64,000 nucleotides of DNA from Treponema sp. (GCA_016287815.1 JAEEWW010000001.1:5842-69841), one strand, 5' to 3'. Numbered from the stretch's first letter, positions 1-9,473 are shown. A program made the numbers and translations. Notes: a model not told the origin generated them from the letters alone.

Positions 1-282
1 AATATGCGCCGAAGTGATTATTCTCTAAAAAATATGCTTGTTCGTGGACGTCAGAACGGAGTTAGATTTTATTGTACATCGCAGCAGGAAGCTCTGTTGA
101 ATTTTTCTCAGTATGTAACGGGTAAACGTGCATGGCGGGAAGGTGCTGTTCCTATGGGAAGACTTTCTACAGAATCTGCTATAGCTTTGTATTTTGCATG
201 TTCGCTTGTAGCTGACAATGATTCAGAGTTAAATCAGCTGATGGAAACATATACAGAATTGTACGGCGCAGCCGTTGTGTAA
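1..282 (+). CDS. Partial CDS (open at window edge), probable L-asparaginase C-terminal domain
   Basis: GVRFYCTSQ...Y.TG...EGAVPMGRLSTESA resembles the type I asparaginase C-terminus (GxxVVxxSQ...YxxG...GVIxxGDMTxEAA); the frame is open to position 1. Confidence 0.5.
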   Translation, partial: NMRRSDYSLKNMLVRGRQNGVRFYCTSQQEALLNFSQYVTGKRAWREGAVPMGRLSTESAIALYFACSLVADNDSELNQLMETYTELYGAAVV

Positions 283-324
283 AAAAAACGTCAGGTTCTC
301 TATGCTGATTCTATGCAGGCGAAT

Positions 325-2112
325 TTATTCGCCTGCAACTGTTTCTGTAACTGGAACTTCTACAGAAACTTTTACAGGTTCCTGGTAAGACAGTTTTACG
401 GTTTCCCGTTCGTTTCTATGTCTTGATTTCAGTAAAAGAACATTTGATTTTTTAAGATGTACATAACCGGAAGAATTATACATTTCAAAGCGTGAATCAG
501 TTCTAAAATCAATTCCGTAAATCTGTATTTTCTGGAATGCAGGGATTTCGCCGATTATAACGTAATGGGTAAGTCCTTGCGGGAATACAATTTCAATTTC
601 AGTTGTGTTGAATTCATCTTTCTTGTAACTGATATCAGATGCACAGGTCCATGCCCAGACAGTTTTTCCGTTATCTTCTCCTATAATTTCAAAATGTGGA
701 TAGTATGGATTGTCATGCACAAGTACAGGGTATAGGTCTGAATAAGCATACAAATCAGAATCCTTTATCTGCTTAAAATATGAGTTTGCAAGGAAGTAAC
801 CTGTATTTGCTATATCCGTGTTAGAAACTAACAGACCGTACTGGATTAATGTATTCCCGCCTTCAAGCGCGCGTTCAGGAGTAAAAGGAAGATTGCTGTC
901 TTTTATGTTAAGTTCCTGTCCCTCTTCACTTAATGAACATGCCTGAACAATTGTTTCAAGACAAGAAGAGCGGATAGGTTCGCTAATAAGTTCTGCAAGT
1001 TCAGAGTTTGCTTTCTTCAAATTTGTATAAACATTCAGAATTCCTAGAGCCTGGTAAGGAGTAATATCTGTAAGCTGAATTTTTTCAGGAAGGGTCAGAA
1101 TGTCTTTAGCTTTTTGTGAATTCTGATTAAGCAGAATGAAGCTTGTAATTTTAGAAAGTGTAAAAATATCACAGTTATTCTGTTCAAGTGCCTGATTTAC
1201 GGAACTCTGCATGTTTTCTATATTCATTTGCAGGGTTACGTACATTTTTTCAAGAGTATTAAAATATGGTGCTGAAAGATATGTTCTTCGCTGTCCTTTT
1301 TTGAATAAATCCGGAACTATATCAAGGGCACTGTTGTACTGTCCGTTTTTAGCCATAACGGCAACGTAAGAAACAACACTCTGTTCGGTCAGCATAAGAT
1401 TATTCTGCAATGCATCGTTAAAGAGATTAATAATGCCGGTTTCAAGTGATTTTAAATTCTGGCTGTATAGACTTGCAGAAGCTAGTTCATAACTGCCTGC
1501 TGATTCAAATGTGAATGTATCGCTTGTATTAACTGTTGAATAAACAACGGTAGGATGAGCATTAAAAATCGTTACGCGGTTATCGGCAAATTCAAGGCCG
1601 GATAAAATATATTTTTTGCTGGCATCTTCCATATACAAGCTTGAATTTTTCTGTTCTGTAACATGATAGCCTTTAGTTGGTTTAAAATTTATAGAAAGGT
1701 ATTCAATATCCTGCGGCAAATCTGCCTGAATTATAAGGTCAGCAGAATCCGTTGAATTTGAAACAACAAATGTAAGTGAAACGTCTTCCGTAAAGGTAAG
1801 GGTTGAAGTTAAAGGACTTGCTTTATTCCATGAAATTAGTGTAATGTCTTTTGTTGTACTTTCTGTGCTCTTTTTTATTTGTACAGGGCTGTTGTCGTCA
1901 AAGTAGAAAAGTACACCTTTGTATGATGCCTGAAGGCTGTTTTTAAGATGGCTTTCCTGATTGCTTTCAGTTTTAGTAAAAGTAAATCGCAAAGCACCCG
2001 TGCTTTCTGAGAAAACGGATTCTGTTTTAAATTGCAATACAAAAATGCCGACAATAATAACAGCGTAAATAAAAAATAGGCCAAATAATTTTTTTATAGG
2101 ATTAGAATACAT
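325..2112 (-). CDS. Hypothetical protein with N-terminal membrane anchor
   Basis: Long ORF; hydrophobic LFGLFFIYAVIIVGIFVLQF; start moved to ATG 2112, which has TTGAAT-17-TAAACT ending 7 nt upstream. Confidence 0.75.
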   Translation of the reverse strand: MYSNPIKKLFGLFFIYAVIIVGIFVLQFKTESVFSESTGALRFTFTKTESNQESHLKNSLQASYKGVLFYFDDNSPVQIKKSTESTTKDITLISWNKASPLTSTLTFTEDVSLTFVVSNSTDSADLIIQADLPQDIEYLSINFKPTKGYHVTEQKNSSLYMEDASKKYILSGLEFADNRVTIFNAHPTVVYSTVNTSDTFTFESAGSYELASASLYSQNLKSLETGIINLFNDALQNNLMLTEQSVVSYVAVMAKNGQYNSALDIVPDLFKKGQRRTYLSAPYFNTLEKMYVTLQMNIENMQSSVNQALEQNNCDIFTLSKITSFILLNQNSQKAKDILTLPEKIQLTDITPYQALGILNVYTNLKKANSELAELISEPIRSSCLETIVQACSLSEEGQELNIKDSNLPFTPERALEGGNTLIQYGLLVSNTDIANTGYFLANSYFKQIKDSDLYAYSDLYPVLVHDNPYYPHFEIIGEDNGKTVWAWTCASDISYKKDEFNTTEIEIVFPQGLTHYVIIGEIPAFQKIQIYGIDFRTDSRFEMYNSSGYVHLKKSNVLLLKSRHRNERETVKLSYQEPVKVSVEVPVTETVAGE

Positions 2113-2151
2113 TATTTGTAGTTTACTTAAAGGAACAAGGAAATTCAACAG

Positions 2152-3681
2152 ATGAGATTGCAAAATAAAAATATACGTTTCAAAAAAGCTATGCAGTTTT
2201 TTGTCTCTGTTTGTACATTTTTATGTGCGGCAGGATTTGTTTATTCTGCTGATGTTGTATCTACGCAAGATCCGGCGCAAGCCGCACCTTCTTCAGTCAA
2301 TGCAGCAGATTCATCAAAAAAATCTGCGTCTTCTTCTGTATCAGCCTCTCCGGTATCTGCAAGGCAGAAAGTAAATCCGCAGGAAGTTGCATTTGCAAAA
2401 AAAATAAAGGAATCGCTTGCTGAAGATTCTTCAATCGAAAAAACCTTGCAGCTTTTTGAAACTCTTCCGGAACAGTCTAAAAATAGTCCAGATATGCTTG
2501 TTTTGCAGGCTTCCCTGATGCTTTCTGCAAACAAAATGCCTGAACTGAACGAAGTTCTTGCAAAACTTGAACAGATTGCTCCTGAAAATCGTGATGCAAT
2601 TGAATTAAGCATGATTGTTGCAAAAGTTACAGGCAACAGAAAAAAACTTAACGAAAAAGTAAACTCTCTTCTTGCAAAAGATCCGAATAATGATCTGGCA
2701 AATATTGAACTTGCTGAAGATGCGCTGCGCAGTAACAATTATTCAACGGCTGTAAGCTACTATCAAAAAGCCCTTGCAGGAAATGCAAATAGTGAAGAAG
2801 CCATGTTCGGGCTCGGTCAGTGTTATTATTATCTTGCAAGACCTGAACCATCAAGAAAATATTTTAACAAGCTTTTAGAAAAGAATGAAATGCACGCAAA
2901 TGCAAATCTGTATCTTGGAAAGCTTGCTGCGGAAGACGGAAAATATAGAACTGCCTTAAAATTTGTAGAAAAAGCATGTGAAGCAGATCCTGAAAATCTT
3001 GATGCGTATATAGATTTGGGAACATACAGACACAGACTTTTAAATCCAAAAGGTGCAGAAGAAGCATGGAACAAGGCAATTTCGCTTGCGCCTGATTTTT
3101 TCTTAACGTATGCCTACAGGGCAAGCCTTTTTGATGAACAGTCTCGTTATAAAGAAGCTTATGAAGATTATAAAAAGGTTGTTGAACTTAACCCGAAATA
3201 TTTTTATGCATATGAAACAATGGGAGTTCTTGCCTGGCACGAAAAAGATTATGCGGCTTCTTATGAATCTTTTTGCCGCGTACTTGAAAATGTGCCTGAT
3301 AATTTTTCGTATAATATGATGGTTGCGGCCTGTCTTTCAAAAGGTAATAAAAAGCCTCAGATGAAACTTCATCTGGAAAAGGTAATGAAAAAACTCAATA
3401 GAGAAAGCGTTGAATACAATCTTGCACGCCTTTATCACGACGGCGGTGGGGTTAATTCAGAAAATTCTGTAAATCTTCTTGTAAAGCGGGAAAAAAGCGG
3501 AACAAAGCGTGCAAAATATCTGTTTTATTTTGGTTTGTTTTACGAACTTAACGGTTTTATGGAACGCGCGTCCGTTTTGTACCAGCAGTGTATAGAAGCA
3601 AGCCAGCCATTGTTTTTTGAATACCGGCTTGCAGAATGGGAAGCATCCGGCGCAGCGGCTTTAAGCGAGGAAAAGAAATGA
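2152..3681 (+). CDS. Tetratricopeptide-repeat protein with signal peptide
   Basis: N-terminal signal-like segment, Ser/Ala linker, many TPR-like helices (e.g. AMFGLGQCYYYL, ANLYLGKLA, AYETMGVLAW); start could be 2191. Confidence 0.85.
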   Translation: MRLQNKNIRFKKAMQFFVSVCTFLCAAGFVYSADVVSTQDPAQAAPSSVNAADSSKKSASSSVSASPVSARQKVNPQEVAFAKKIKESLAEDSSIEKTLQLFETLPEQSKNSPDMLVLQASLMLSANKMPELNEVLAKLEQIAPENRDAIELSMIVAKVTGNRKKLNEKVNSLLAKDPNNDLANIELAEDALRSNNYSTAVSYYQKALAGNANSEEAMFGLGQCYYYLARPEPSRKYFNKLLEKNEMHANANLYLGKLAAEDGKYRTALKFVEKACEADPENLDAYIDLGTYRHRLLNPKGAEEAWNKAISLAPDFFLTYAYRASLFDEQSRYKEAYEDYKKVVELNPKYFYAYETMGVLAWHEKDYAASYESFCRVLENVPDNFSYNMMVAACLSKGNKKPQMKLHLEKVMKKLNRESVEYNLARLYHDGGGVNSENSVNLLVKREKSGTKRAKYLFYFGLFYELNGFMERASVLYQQCIEASQPLFFEYRLAEWEASGAAALSEEKK

Positions 3682-4868
3682 GTAGCAAGACAGAAAAAAC
3701 TATTGAATTGAACGGTAGAAAATTTACTATCATAGGAACTGCTCATATTTCAGCAGAAAGTATAGAGGAAGTTACATCTTATATTTCTGAAAAAAAGCCT
3801 GATTGCGTTGCCGTTGAATTAGATGAAAAACGCTATGAATCAATGACAAATCCTTCAGAATGGGCAAATCTGGATATTGTTCAGGTTTTAAAAAACAATG
3901 AAGGATTTTTAATCCTTGCAAACCTTGTTCTTGCTTCATTCCAGCGCAGAATGGGCAAAAAAATCGGAGTGCATCCCGGTGACGAAATGAAAGCTGCCGT
4001 TAATCGTGCAAAAATGATGAATATTCCGATTGCAATGATAGACCGCCCTATTTCTGTAACTTTGCGCCGTGCATGGCAGAAAAATTCGTTAGTCGGAAAA
4101 ACCAAACTGCTTTCTACATTGCTTGCAAACAGTTTTACCAGCAGTGAATTTTCTTCTGAGCAGATTGAAACGTTAAAGAAAACAAGCGAAATGGATTCCA
4201 TGCTTACAGAGTTTTCCGGTTTTTTGCCTTCCGTAAAAGAAGTTTTAATTGATGAACGTGACCGCTATATTGCAGCAAAGCTTTTACAGACGGAAGGACA
4301 GAATATTCTTGCCGTTATCGGAGTTGGACATCTTGCTGGTGTTTTGAAACACATGGAAAAGATTGCGTCCGGTCAGGAATCTGGCGATATTTCTGATATT
4401 TCAACTGTAGAAAAATCAGGCTCTAAAACAAAGTTTTTAGGCTTTTTAATTCCGGCTATAATTATTGCCATGCTTGCGGCTGGTTTTTATTTTGGCGGAA
4501 TAAAAACTGGAAAAGCCATGCTTGGTTCATGGATTATCTGGAATGGTCTGCTTGCCGCACTTGGAACGGTTTTGGCAGGCGGTCATATCATTACGATTTT
4601 AACAGCTTTTGTGGCAGCGCCTATAACTTCTCTTTGTCCGCTTGTTGGTGCAGGAATGGTTACGGGGCTTGTTCAGATTTTTGTCTGTAAGCCAAAAGTT
4701 TCTGATATGGAAAATCTGCATGATGACGCTGCAAACCTAAAATCTTTTTACAAAAACAGGATTTTACGCTGTCTTTTAGTCTTCTTTTTTTCAACGATAG
4801 GAAGCTCTCTTGGAACTTTTATAGCAGGTGCTTCATTTTTAAGTTTAAGCGGAATTTTCGGTAAATAG
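3678..4868 (+). CDS. traB: TraB/GumN family (pheromone-shutdown-like) protein
   Basis: IIGTAHIS, VAVELD, GDEMKAA, VLIDERD, VIGVGHL motifs plus C-terminal TM helices; ATG overlaps the upstream TGA. Confidence 0.85.
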   Translation: MSSKTEKTIELNGRKFTIIGTAHISAESIEEVTSYISEKKPDCVAVELDEKRYESMTNPSEWANLDIVQVLKNNEGFLILANLVLASFQRRMGKKIGVHPGDEMKAAVNRAKMMNIPIAMIDRPISVTLRRAWQKNSLVGKTKLLSTLLANSFTSSEFSSEQIETLKKTSEMDSMLTEFSGFLPSVKEVLIDERDRYIAAKLLQTEGQNILAVIGVGHLAGVLKHMEKIASGQESGDISDISTVEKSGSKTKFLGFLIPAIIIAMLAAGFYFGGIKTGKAMLGSWIIWNGLLAALGTVLAGGHIITILTAFVAAPITSLCPLVGAGMVTGLVQIFVCKPKVSDMENLHDDAANLKSFYKNRILRCLLVFFFSTIGSSLGTFIAGASFLSLSGIFGK

Positions 4869-4890
4869 CATGGGCCTTTTGGCGTGCCGT

Positions 4891-6246
4891 CTATTTGCCA
4901 AATAAAGAGGCAATAAGTTCCTTTATGCTTTTTACAGCTATACACCCTTCTTCTATATCCGGCGTGTAAATTGTTGTGTAGCCGAGCTGCTGCGAGGCTT
5001 TTACACGTTGTTTTAATCTTGTTACAGGCCTTATTTCCCCGGCAAGACTTAATTCGCCTGAAAGTACGGTTTTAGGAGGTAATTCTAAATCTGTACGCGC
5101 AGAATATAATGCTGCTGCAAGAGCCGCATCTATCGCGCTTTCAGAAATTTTTATTCCGCCTGCAACGTTAATATATAAATCCTGGTCGCTGAACCGTAGT
5201 CCCAAACGTTTTTCAAGAACTGCGGCAACCCGGCTGATTCTTGCGCTGTCTATTTTTTCGCAATACACTCTTGAAAGCGAAGCCTTGGCCGGCACTGTTA
5301 AAGCCTGAATTTCCACAAGAAAAACCCGGCTGCCTTCAAAAATTGCGGCGGTTGCAACGCCTACAGGCTGTTTGCCGTTTCTTTGGGTAATAAAAATTGA
5401 ACCGGGGTCTTCTGCAATTTTCAGGCCTTTTTCGTCCATTGTAAAAATACCGATTTCGTCTACAGAACCAAAGCGGTTCTTCTGTGAGCGCAAAAAAATC
5501 AATTCATTATTTGAGCGTTCAAAAGAAATTACGGTATCTACCATGTGTTCCAGCGATTTTGGTCCGGCAATAACTCCTTCTTTTGTAATGTGTGCCGTCA
5601 TAATGAGCACGCTGTCACGCTCTTTTACCCAGGAAATTAATTCATTGGCACAGTATTTTAATTGATTGATTGTTCCGGGAATCAATCCTGCTTCAACTGA
5701 ATAAACAGTCTGGATTGAATCAATTATTACAAGAGCCGGATTGATTGAATCCAGTGCAGAAAGAATGTCTTCCAGACGCATGGAACATAAAATTTCGATA
5801 TTATTTACATTAAGACAAAGGCGTATTGCCCTGTTTTTTATCTGCGAAGCAGATTCTTCTCCGCTTACGTAAAGAATTTTCCCATTTAAATTTTCTGCAC
5901 ATTTTGCAGAAGTTTGAAGCAGAAGGGTTGATTTTCCGATTCCTGGCTCGCCGCCAATTAAAATTGCCGAACGTTTTGTAGCGCCTCCACCTAAAACCCT
6001 GTCAAATTCGCTTATCCCTGTAGAAATTCGTTCTGAATCTTTTGCTTCAACAGAAGAAAGTGGAACAGGTTTTATTTTTTGTACACCGGCAGAAGTTTTT
6101 GCAAAAGGTGAATGCACATTTGAATCTTCAATAAATTCTTCAAGAGTGTTCCATGAACCGCATTGCGGACAGCGTCCGAGCCATTTTGGCTGGCTGTAAC
6201 CGCAGGAAGAACATCTGTAGGTAATTGTTCCGTTTTTTTTGGCCAT
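4891..6246 (-). CDS. radA: DNA repair protein RadA/Sms
   Basis: CxxC...CxxC zinc finger, Walker A GEPGIGKS, KNRFG motif, Lon-like C-terminus. Confidence 0.97.
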   Translation of the reverse strand: MAKKNGTITYRCSSCGYSQPKWLGRCPQCGSWNTLEEFIEDSNVHSPFAKTSAGVQKIKPVPLSSVEAKDSERISTGISEFDRVLGGGATKRSAILIGGEPGIGKSTLLLQTSAKCAENLNGKILYVSGEESASQIKNRAIRLCLNVNNIEILCSMRLEDILSALDSINPALVIIDSIQTVYSVEAGLIPGTINQLKYCANELISWVKERDSVLIMTAHITKEGVIAGPKSLEHMVDTVISFERSNNELIFLRSQKNRFGSVDEIGIFTMDEKGLKIAEDPGSIFITQRNGKQPVGVATAAIFEGSRVFLVEIQALTVPAKASLSRVYCEKIDSARISRVAAVLEKRLGLRFSDQDLYINVAGGIKISESAIDAALAAALYSARTDLELPPKTVLSGELSLAGEIRPVTRLKQRVKASQQLGYTTIYTPDIEEGCIAVKSIKELIASLFGK

Positions 6247-6326
6247 TTTGAACCTCTCAAAGTATTATGTTTGTGGTTTTGTATTCTTTTAGGTTTGCTT
6301 CTAAAAGTTTTCTAAATCAGCAGAAT

Positions 6327-6728
6327 TTAGAATGTAGAAACATCAGGCTTAATGTCTTCTGCTTCGTCTTCTTTTTCCACCCGTATAAAAACCTGATTCG
6401 GAAGGCATGCAATCCATTCGAAATTGCCGGAAATAGGTGTGCATGCAACACAGGTTTTATTCGGGCATGGGGAATCTTTTATGCTTGCCTTTCCGTCTTT
6501 AATCTTTACGATTGTAATTCCTATTAATCCTTTTACTGGAATTTCCCTGTCTTTGTTCAGCGGATAGATGTATTGTCCTGTTGGTGTTGTAACAATAAGT
6601 GTAGGTTCTTTTGCGCCTTTTTTGCCGAGTGAAAGAATCGAAAATGCCAGAACAGCAATAAAAATCAGCAAAAAAATAAAATCTATGAACTTAAAACCAT
6701 AACTTTTAAAAAAACTTGACTTTTGCAT
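6327..6728 (-). CDS. NusG domain II-containing protein
   Basis: N-terminal TM, then DSPCPNKTCV...IACLPNQVFI, typical of NusG_II. Confidence 0.85.
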   Translation of the reverse strand: MQKSSFFKSYGFKFIDFIFLLIFIAVLAFSILSLGKKGAKEPTLIVTTPTGQYIYPLNKDREIPVKGLIGITIVKIKDGKASIKDSPCPNKTCVACTPISGNFEWIACLPNQVFIRVEKEDEAEDIKPDVSTF

Positions 6729-6744
6729 TTTGCAGGGGTATCCT
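6716..6744 (+). promoter_or_regulatory. Putative sigma-70 promoter on the + strand, inside a minus-strand gene cluster
   Basis: TTGACT (6716-6721), 17 bp, TATCCT (6739-6744). Confidence 0.5.
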
Positions 6745-6803
6745 TATTTTAAGCTTGTAAATAAGCTGATAAACTCTCTCCGACGTTCAGCTACGCTGAA
6801 CAG

Positions 6804-6842
6804 TAGAGCTTCCTGAATCTTTTGGGAAGCTCTATTTTTTTT
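6804..6842 (+). terminator. Intrinsic terminator with + strand polarity
   Basis: 10-bp stem TAGAGCTTCC/GGAAGCTCTA followed by T8. Confidence 0.65.
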
Positions 6843-7704
6843 ACCGGCTTTGCGTAATCATGGTTCCTTCAGGAACGGATTTTGTAATCCAGGTATTCCC
6901 GCCGATTACACAATTTTTTCCTATTACAGTTTCGCCTCCAAGAATTGTTGCACCGGAATAGATTGTAACATTATCTTCAATAGTCGGGTGTCGTTTTTTG
7001 TTCATTAAATCTTTTTGAACGCTGAGTGCGCCAAGTGTTACGCCCTGATAAAGTTTTACGTTGTCTCCGATTTGTGTGGTTTCGCCAATTACGATTCCTG
7101 TTCCGTGGTCAATAAAAAATGATTTTCCTATTTCTGCACCCGGATGAATATCAATACCGGTTTTTCCATGAATGTATTCGCTCATCATTCGCGGGATTAT
7201 AGGAACGCCCTTTTTGTAAAGAAAGTGTGAAAGTCTGTATACAAGGATTGCCTCGAGTCCTGGATAAGAAAGAATTACTTCTTCTATGCTTTTTGCGGCA
7301 GGATCGCCGTTTAGAATTGCCTGGGCATCTAAGCTGATTGCTTTTTTTATTTCAGGGATTTCTTCTATAAAGGCGACAGAGGTTTTTTCGGCAAGTTCAA
7401 AACAAAAGGATTTTTGAACCTGAGTAGTACAGTTTGTGCTGTTTGAAAGATAGCGGACGGCTTTTTTTATTTCGGCGGTAAGAATTGTTATTACGCGGTT
7501 TACTCTAAGTCCTGTTTCATAGCGCAGGTTTTCTTTGCTTAAAGAATCCGCAGTTTTGAATCCCGGAAATATGAGCCACTGTAAATCCTGGAGGATTGAA
7601 ACAACGTTTTCTCTGTTTGGAAAATTTTCTGTTTCTTTTCTGTTTACGCCGCCATAGGTTTCGTAAGAGTCAAGAATTTTATCAATTAAAGAATCTATGC
7701 TCAA
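6841..7704 (-). CDS. cysE: Serine O-acetyltransferase
   Basis: GDPAA, YPG, GIDIHPGA, FFIDHGTGIVIGET, KRHPTI hexapeptide motifs; TTG start. Confidence 0.92.
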   Translation of the reverse strand: MSIDSLIDKILDSYETYGGVNRKETENFPNRENVVSILQDLQWLIFPGFKTADSLSKENLRYETGLRVNRVITILTAEIKKAVRYLSNSTNCTTQVQKSFCFELAEKTSVAFIEEIPEIKKAISLDAQAILNGDPAAKSIEEVILSYPGLEAILVYRLSHFLYKKGVPIIPRMMSEYIHGKTGIDIHPGAEIGKSFFIDHGTGIVIGETTQIGDNVKLYQGVTLGALSVQKDLMNKKRHPTIEDNVTIYSGATILGGETVIGKNCVIGGNTWITKSVPEGTMITQSR

Positions 7705-8143
7705 AATAAACTCCGCTTCATGCAGGATTTGTATCGGATTTCCGATTTTGCAGCAGCCTGCATTTTGTTCTATTAAAGTTTAAAGTACTATATAATAATT
7801 GCTGATTTTATAAAAAATATGCAGCTTTTGATGATATTTTAGTCTTTAAATGCGAATAGTTTCAATACTTCTTGCGGAGGCAGGTGTAGTTTTGATTATG
7901 TAAATGCCTCTTTTATAGGACCCGTGTATCAAACCGACACGCAAGGTAAGTATGCCGGATAGAATTTCTTTTGTGTAAGCGTATATTGCTTTTTTTTATG
8001 CGGAAAATGCGCCGACGCGACTTATAAAAGATTTTACGAAAGTTATCAGCTGATTTTTGAAAAAAAATAATAGCGCATCTCTCTGCCTATTGAATTCTTT
8101 TCATATTATTGATATTGTATTTGACACTTGGCTGTTAAGAGGC

Positions 8144-8172
8144 TTGACATAAAATATTGGGTCTAGTATATT
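8144..8172 (+). promoter_or_regulatory. Sigma-70 promoter of the tRNA-Thr/rpmG/tRNA-Trp/secE/nusG unit
   Basis: TTGACA, 17 bp, TATATT. Confidence 0.7.
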
Positions 8173-8198
8173 TTTCAGACAACTCATTATTAATTTAT

Positions 8199-8271
8199 GC
8201 CCTTATAGCTCAGTTGGTAGAGCGCAGCCATGGTAAGGCTGAGGTCTGCGGTCCGAGTCCGCATGGGGGCT
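8199..8271 (+). tRNA. tRNA-Thr(GGT)
   Basis: Cloverleaf: acceptor GCCCTTA/TGGGGGC, anticodon arm CAGCC-ATGGTAA-GGCTG, T-arm TGCGG-TCCGAGT-CCGCA; CCA not encoded. Confidence 0.93.
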
Positions 8272-8306
8272 CGTTACTAAGATTTAACATGTTTTAGGAG
8301 ATAGAT

Positions 8307-8483
8307 ATGGCAAGTAAGAAGAAAGGTGCAGTTGAAATTATTGCTTTGCAGTGTTCAGAATGCAAACGCAGAAATTACACAACTTACAAGAATCGTAAGA
8401 ATATTCAGGGTAAACTTGAATTAAATAAGTATTGTCCTTTTGACCGCAAACATACATTGCACAAAGAGACAAAAGTAAAATAA
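8307..8483 (+). CDS. rpmG: 50S ribosomal protein L33
   Basis: Not in the ORF track; translates to [26 protein letters not shown]...[18 protein letters not shown]; SD AGGAG. Confidence 0.97.
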   Translation: MASKKKGAVEIIALQCSECKRRNYTTYKNRKNIQGKLELNKYCPFDRKHTLHKETKVK

Positions 8484-8531
8484 TTTAATTAGTGTAAGAA
8501 TCTGTCTGATTTTTGCAGACAGTTTTTATAT

Positions 8532-8604
8532 AGGTCAGTAGTTCAGTTGGTAGAGCATCGGTCTCCAAAACCGAGGGTCGTGGGTTCGAGTCCTACCTGG
8601 CCTG
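8532..8604 (+). tRNA. tRNA-Trp(CCA)
   Basis: Acceptor AGGTCAG/CTGGCCT, anticodon arm TCGGT-CTCCAAA-ACCGA, TTCGAGT T-loop; canonical position before secE. Confidence 0.97.
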
Positions 8605-8640
8605 TTATTTTTATTCTTGTAGTGAATAGTTGAGGGTGTT

Positions 8641-8850
8641 ATGGCTAATAAAACAAATAATAAGATAGAAGTGAGAAAGCCAAACTTTTTCGCAGAATGT
8701 ATGGGTGAATTAAGAAGAGTTGTATGGCCTAAAAGAGATGATGTAGTTGCATCTGTAAAGGTTGTTATTGTTTCTACTCTTATTATTGCAGTATTGCTTG
8801 GCCTTCTTGATTTTGGATTCACTGCTGCTTTCCGCGCAATAATGCGCTAG
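8641..8850 (+). CDS. secE: Preprotein translocase subunit SecE
   Basis: ELRRVVWP motif plus one TM; synteny. Confidence 0.95.
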   Translation: MANKTNNKIEVRKPNFFAECMGELRRVVWPKRDDVVASVKVVIVSTLIIAVLLGLLDFGFTAAFRAIMR

Positions 8851-8861
8851 TAGAGGTTGCC

Positions 8862-9419
8862 ATGTCAAAGCAATGGTATATTCTTCATACTTATACAGGG
8901 TACGAAGGTAAAATAGAGCGTACATTAAATTCTATGCTTGAAGCAAAAGAAATTGATGGTAATGTTCTTACTAATGTAAAAGTTCCTGTTGAAGAAGTTG
9001 TAGAAATTAAAGACGGAAAAAAACGTAGCCGTAAAAATAAATTTTTACCAGGTTATATCATGCTTGAGATGGATCTTCCTGATTTAGGCTGGAAGGCAAT
9101 TTGTTCTCAGATTCGTCGTATTCAGGGTGTTACAGGATTTGTTGGTACAAATCCTAATGTTCGCCCGCGTCCTATTACAGCAGATGAAGCAAAGAATCTT
9201 CTTTTGAAGAGTGGTGAAATTAAGGGTGAAAAACAGGTTCATATAAAACAGAGTTTTGCAGTTGGTGATACTGTTAAAATTACTGACGGACCTTTTGCTA
9301 CTTTCAGTGGAACAATAGAAGAAGTAAATCCGGAAAAAGACAGACTTCGTGTTATGGTTCAGATTTTTGGACGTGCAACTCCGGTAGAAGTAAGCCTGCT
9401 TCAGGCTGAAAAAATATAA
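8862..9419 (+). CDS. nusG: Transcription termination/antitermination factor NusG
   Basis: WYILHTYTGYE, FLPGYI, KOW GPFATFSG. Confidence 0.98.
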   Translation: MSKQWYILHTYTGYEGKIERTLNSMLEAKEIDGNVLTNVKVPVEEVVEIKDGKKRSRKNKFLPGYIMLEMDLPDLGWKAICSQIRRIQGVTGFVGTNPNVRPRPITADEAKNLLLKSGEIKGEKQVHIKQSFAVGDTVKITDGPFATFSGTIEEVNPEKDRLRVMVQIFGRATPVEVSLLQAEKI

Positions 9420-9433
9420 TATAGAAAATTAGT

Positions 9434-9473
9434 AAAGCGGAATATTCTTGTGAATTTTTCCGCTTTCCTTTTT
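9434..9473 (+). terminator. Hairpin/terminator after nusG
   Basis: AAAGCGGAA/TTCCGCTTT stem followed by CCTTTTT. Confidence 0.5.

Noticed and set aside
6735-6785. Fluoride riboswitch or hammerhead (AAGCTGATAAACTC)
   Set aside because: Lacks the GAUGG..UUC 5' helix and CUGAUGA core, and no crcB is nearby
7843-8070. Stop-codon recoding (TAG readthrough) of the Cys-rich frame
   Set aside because: No start codon or RBS, and no recoding machinery is visible in the window
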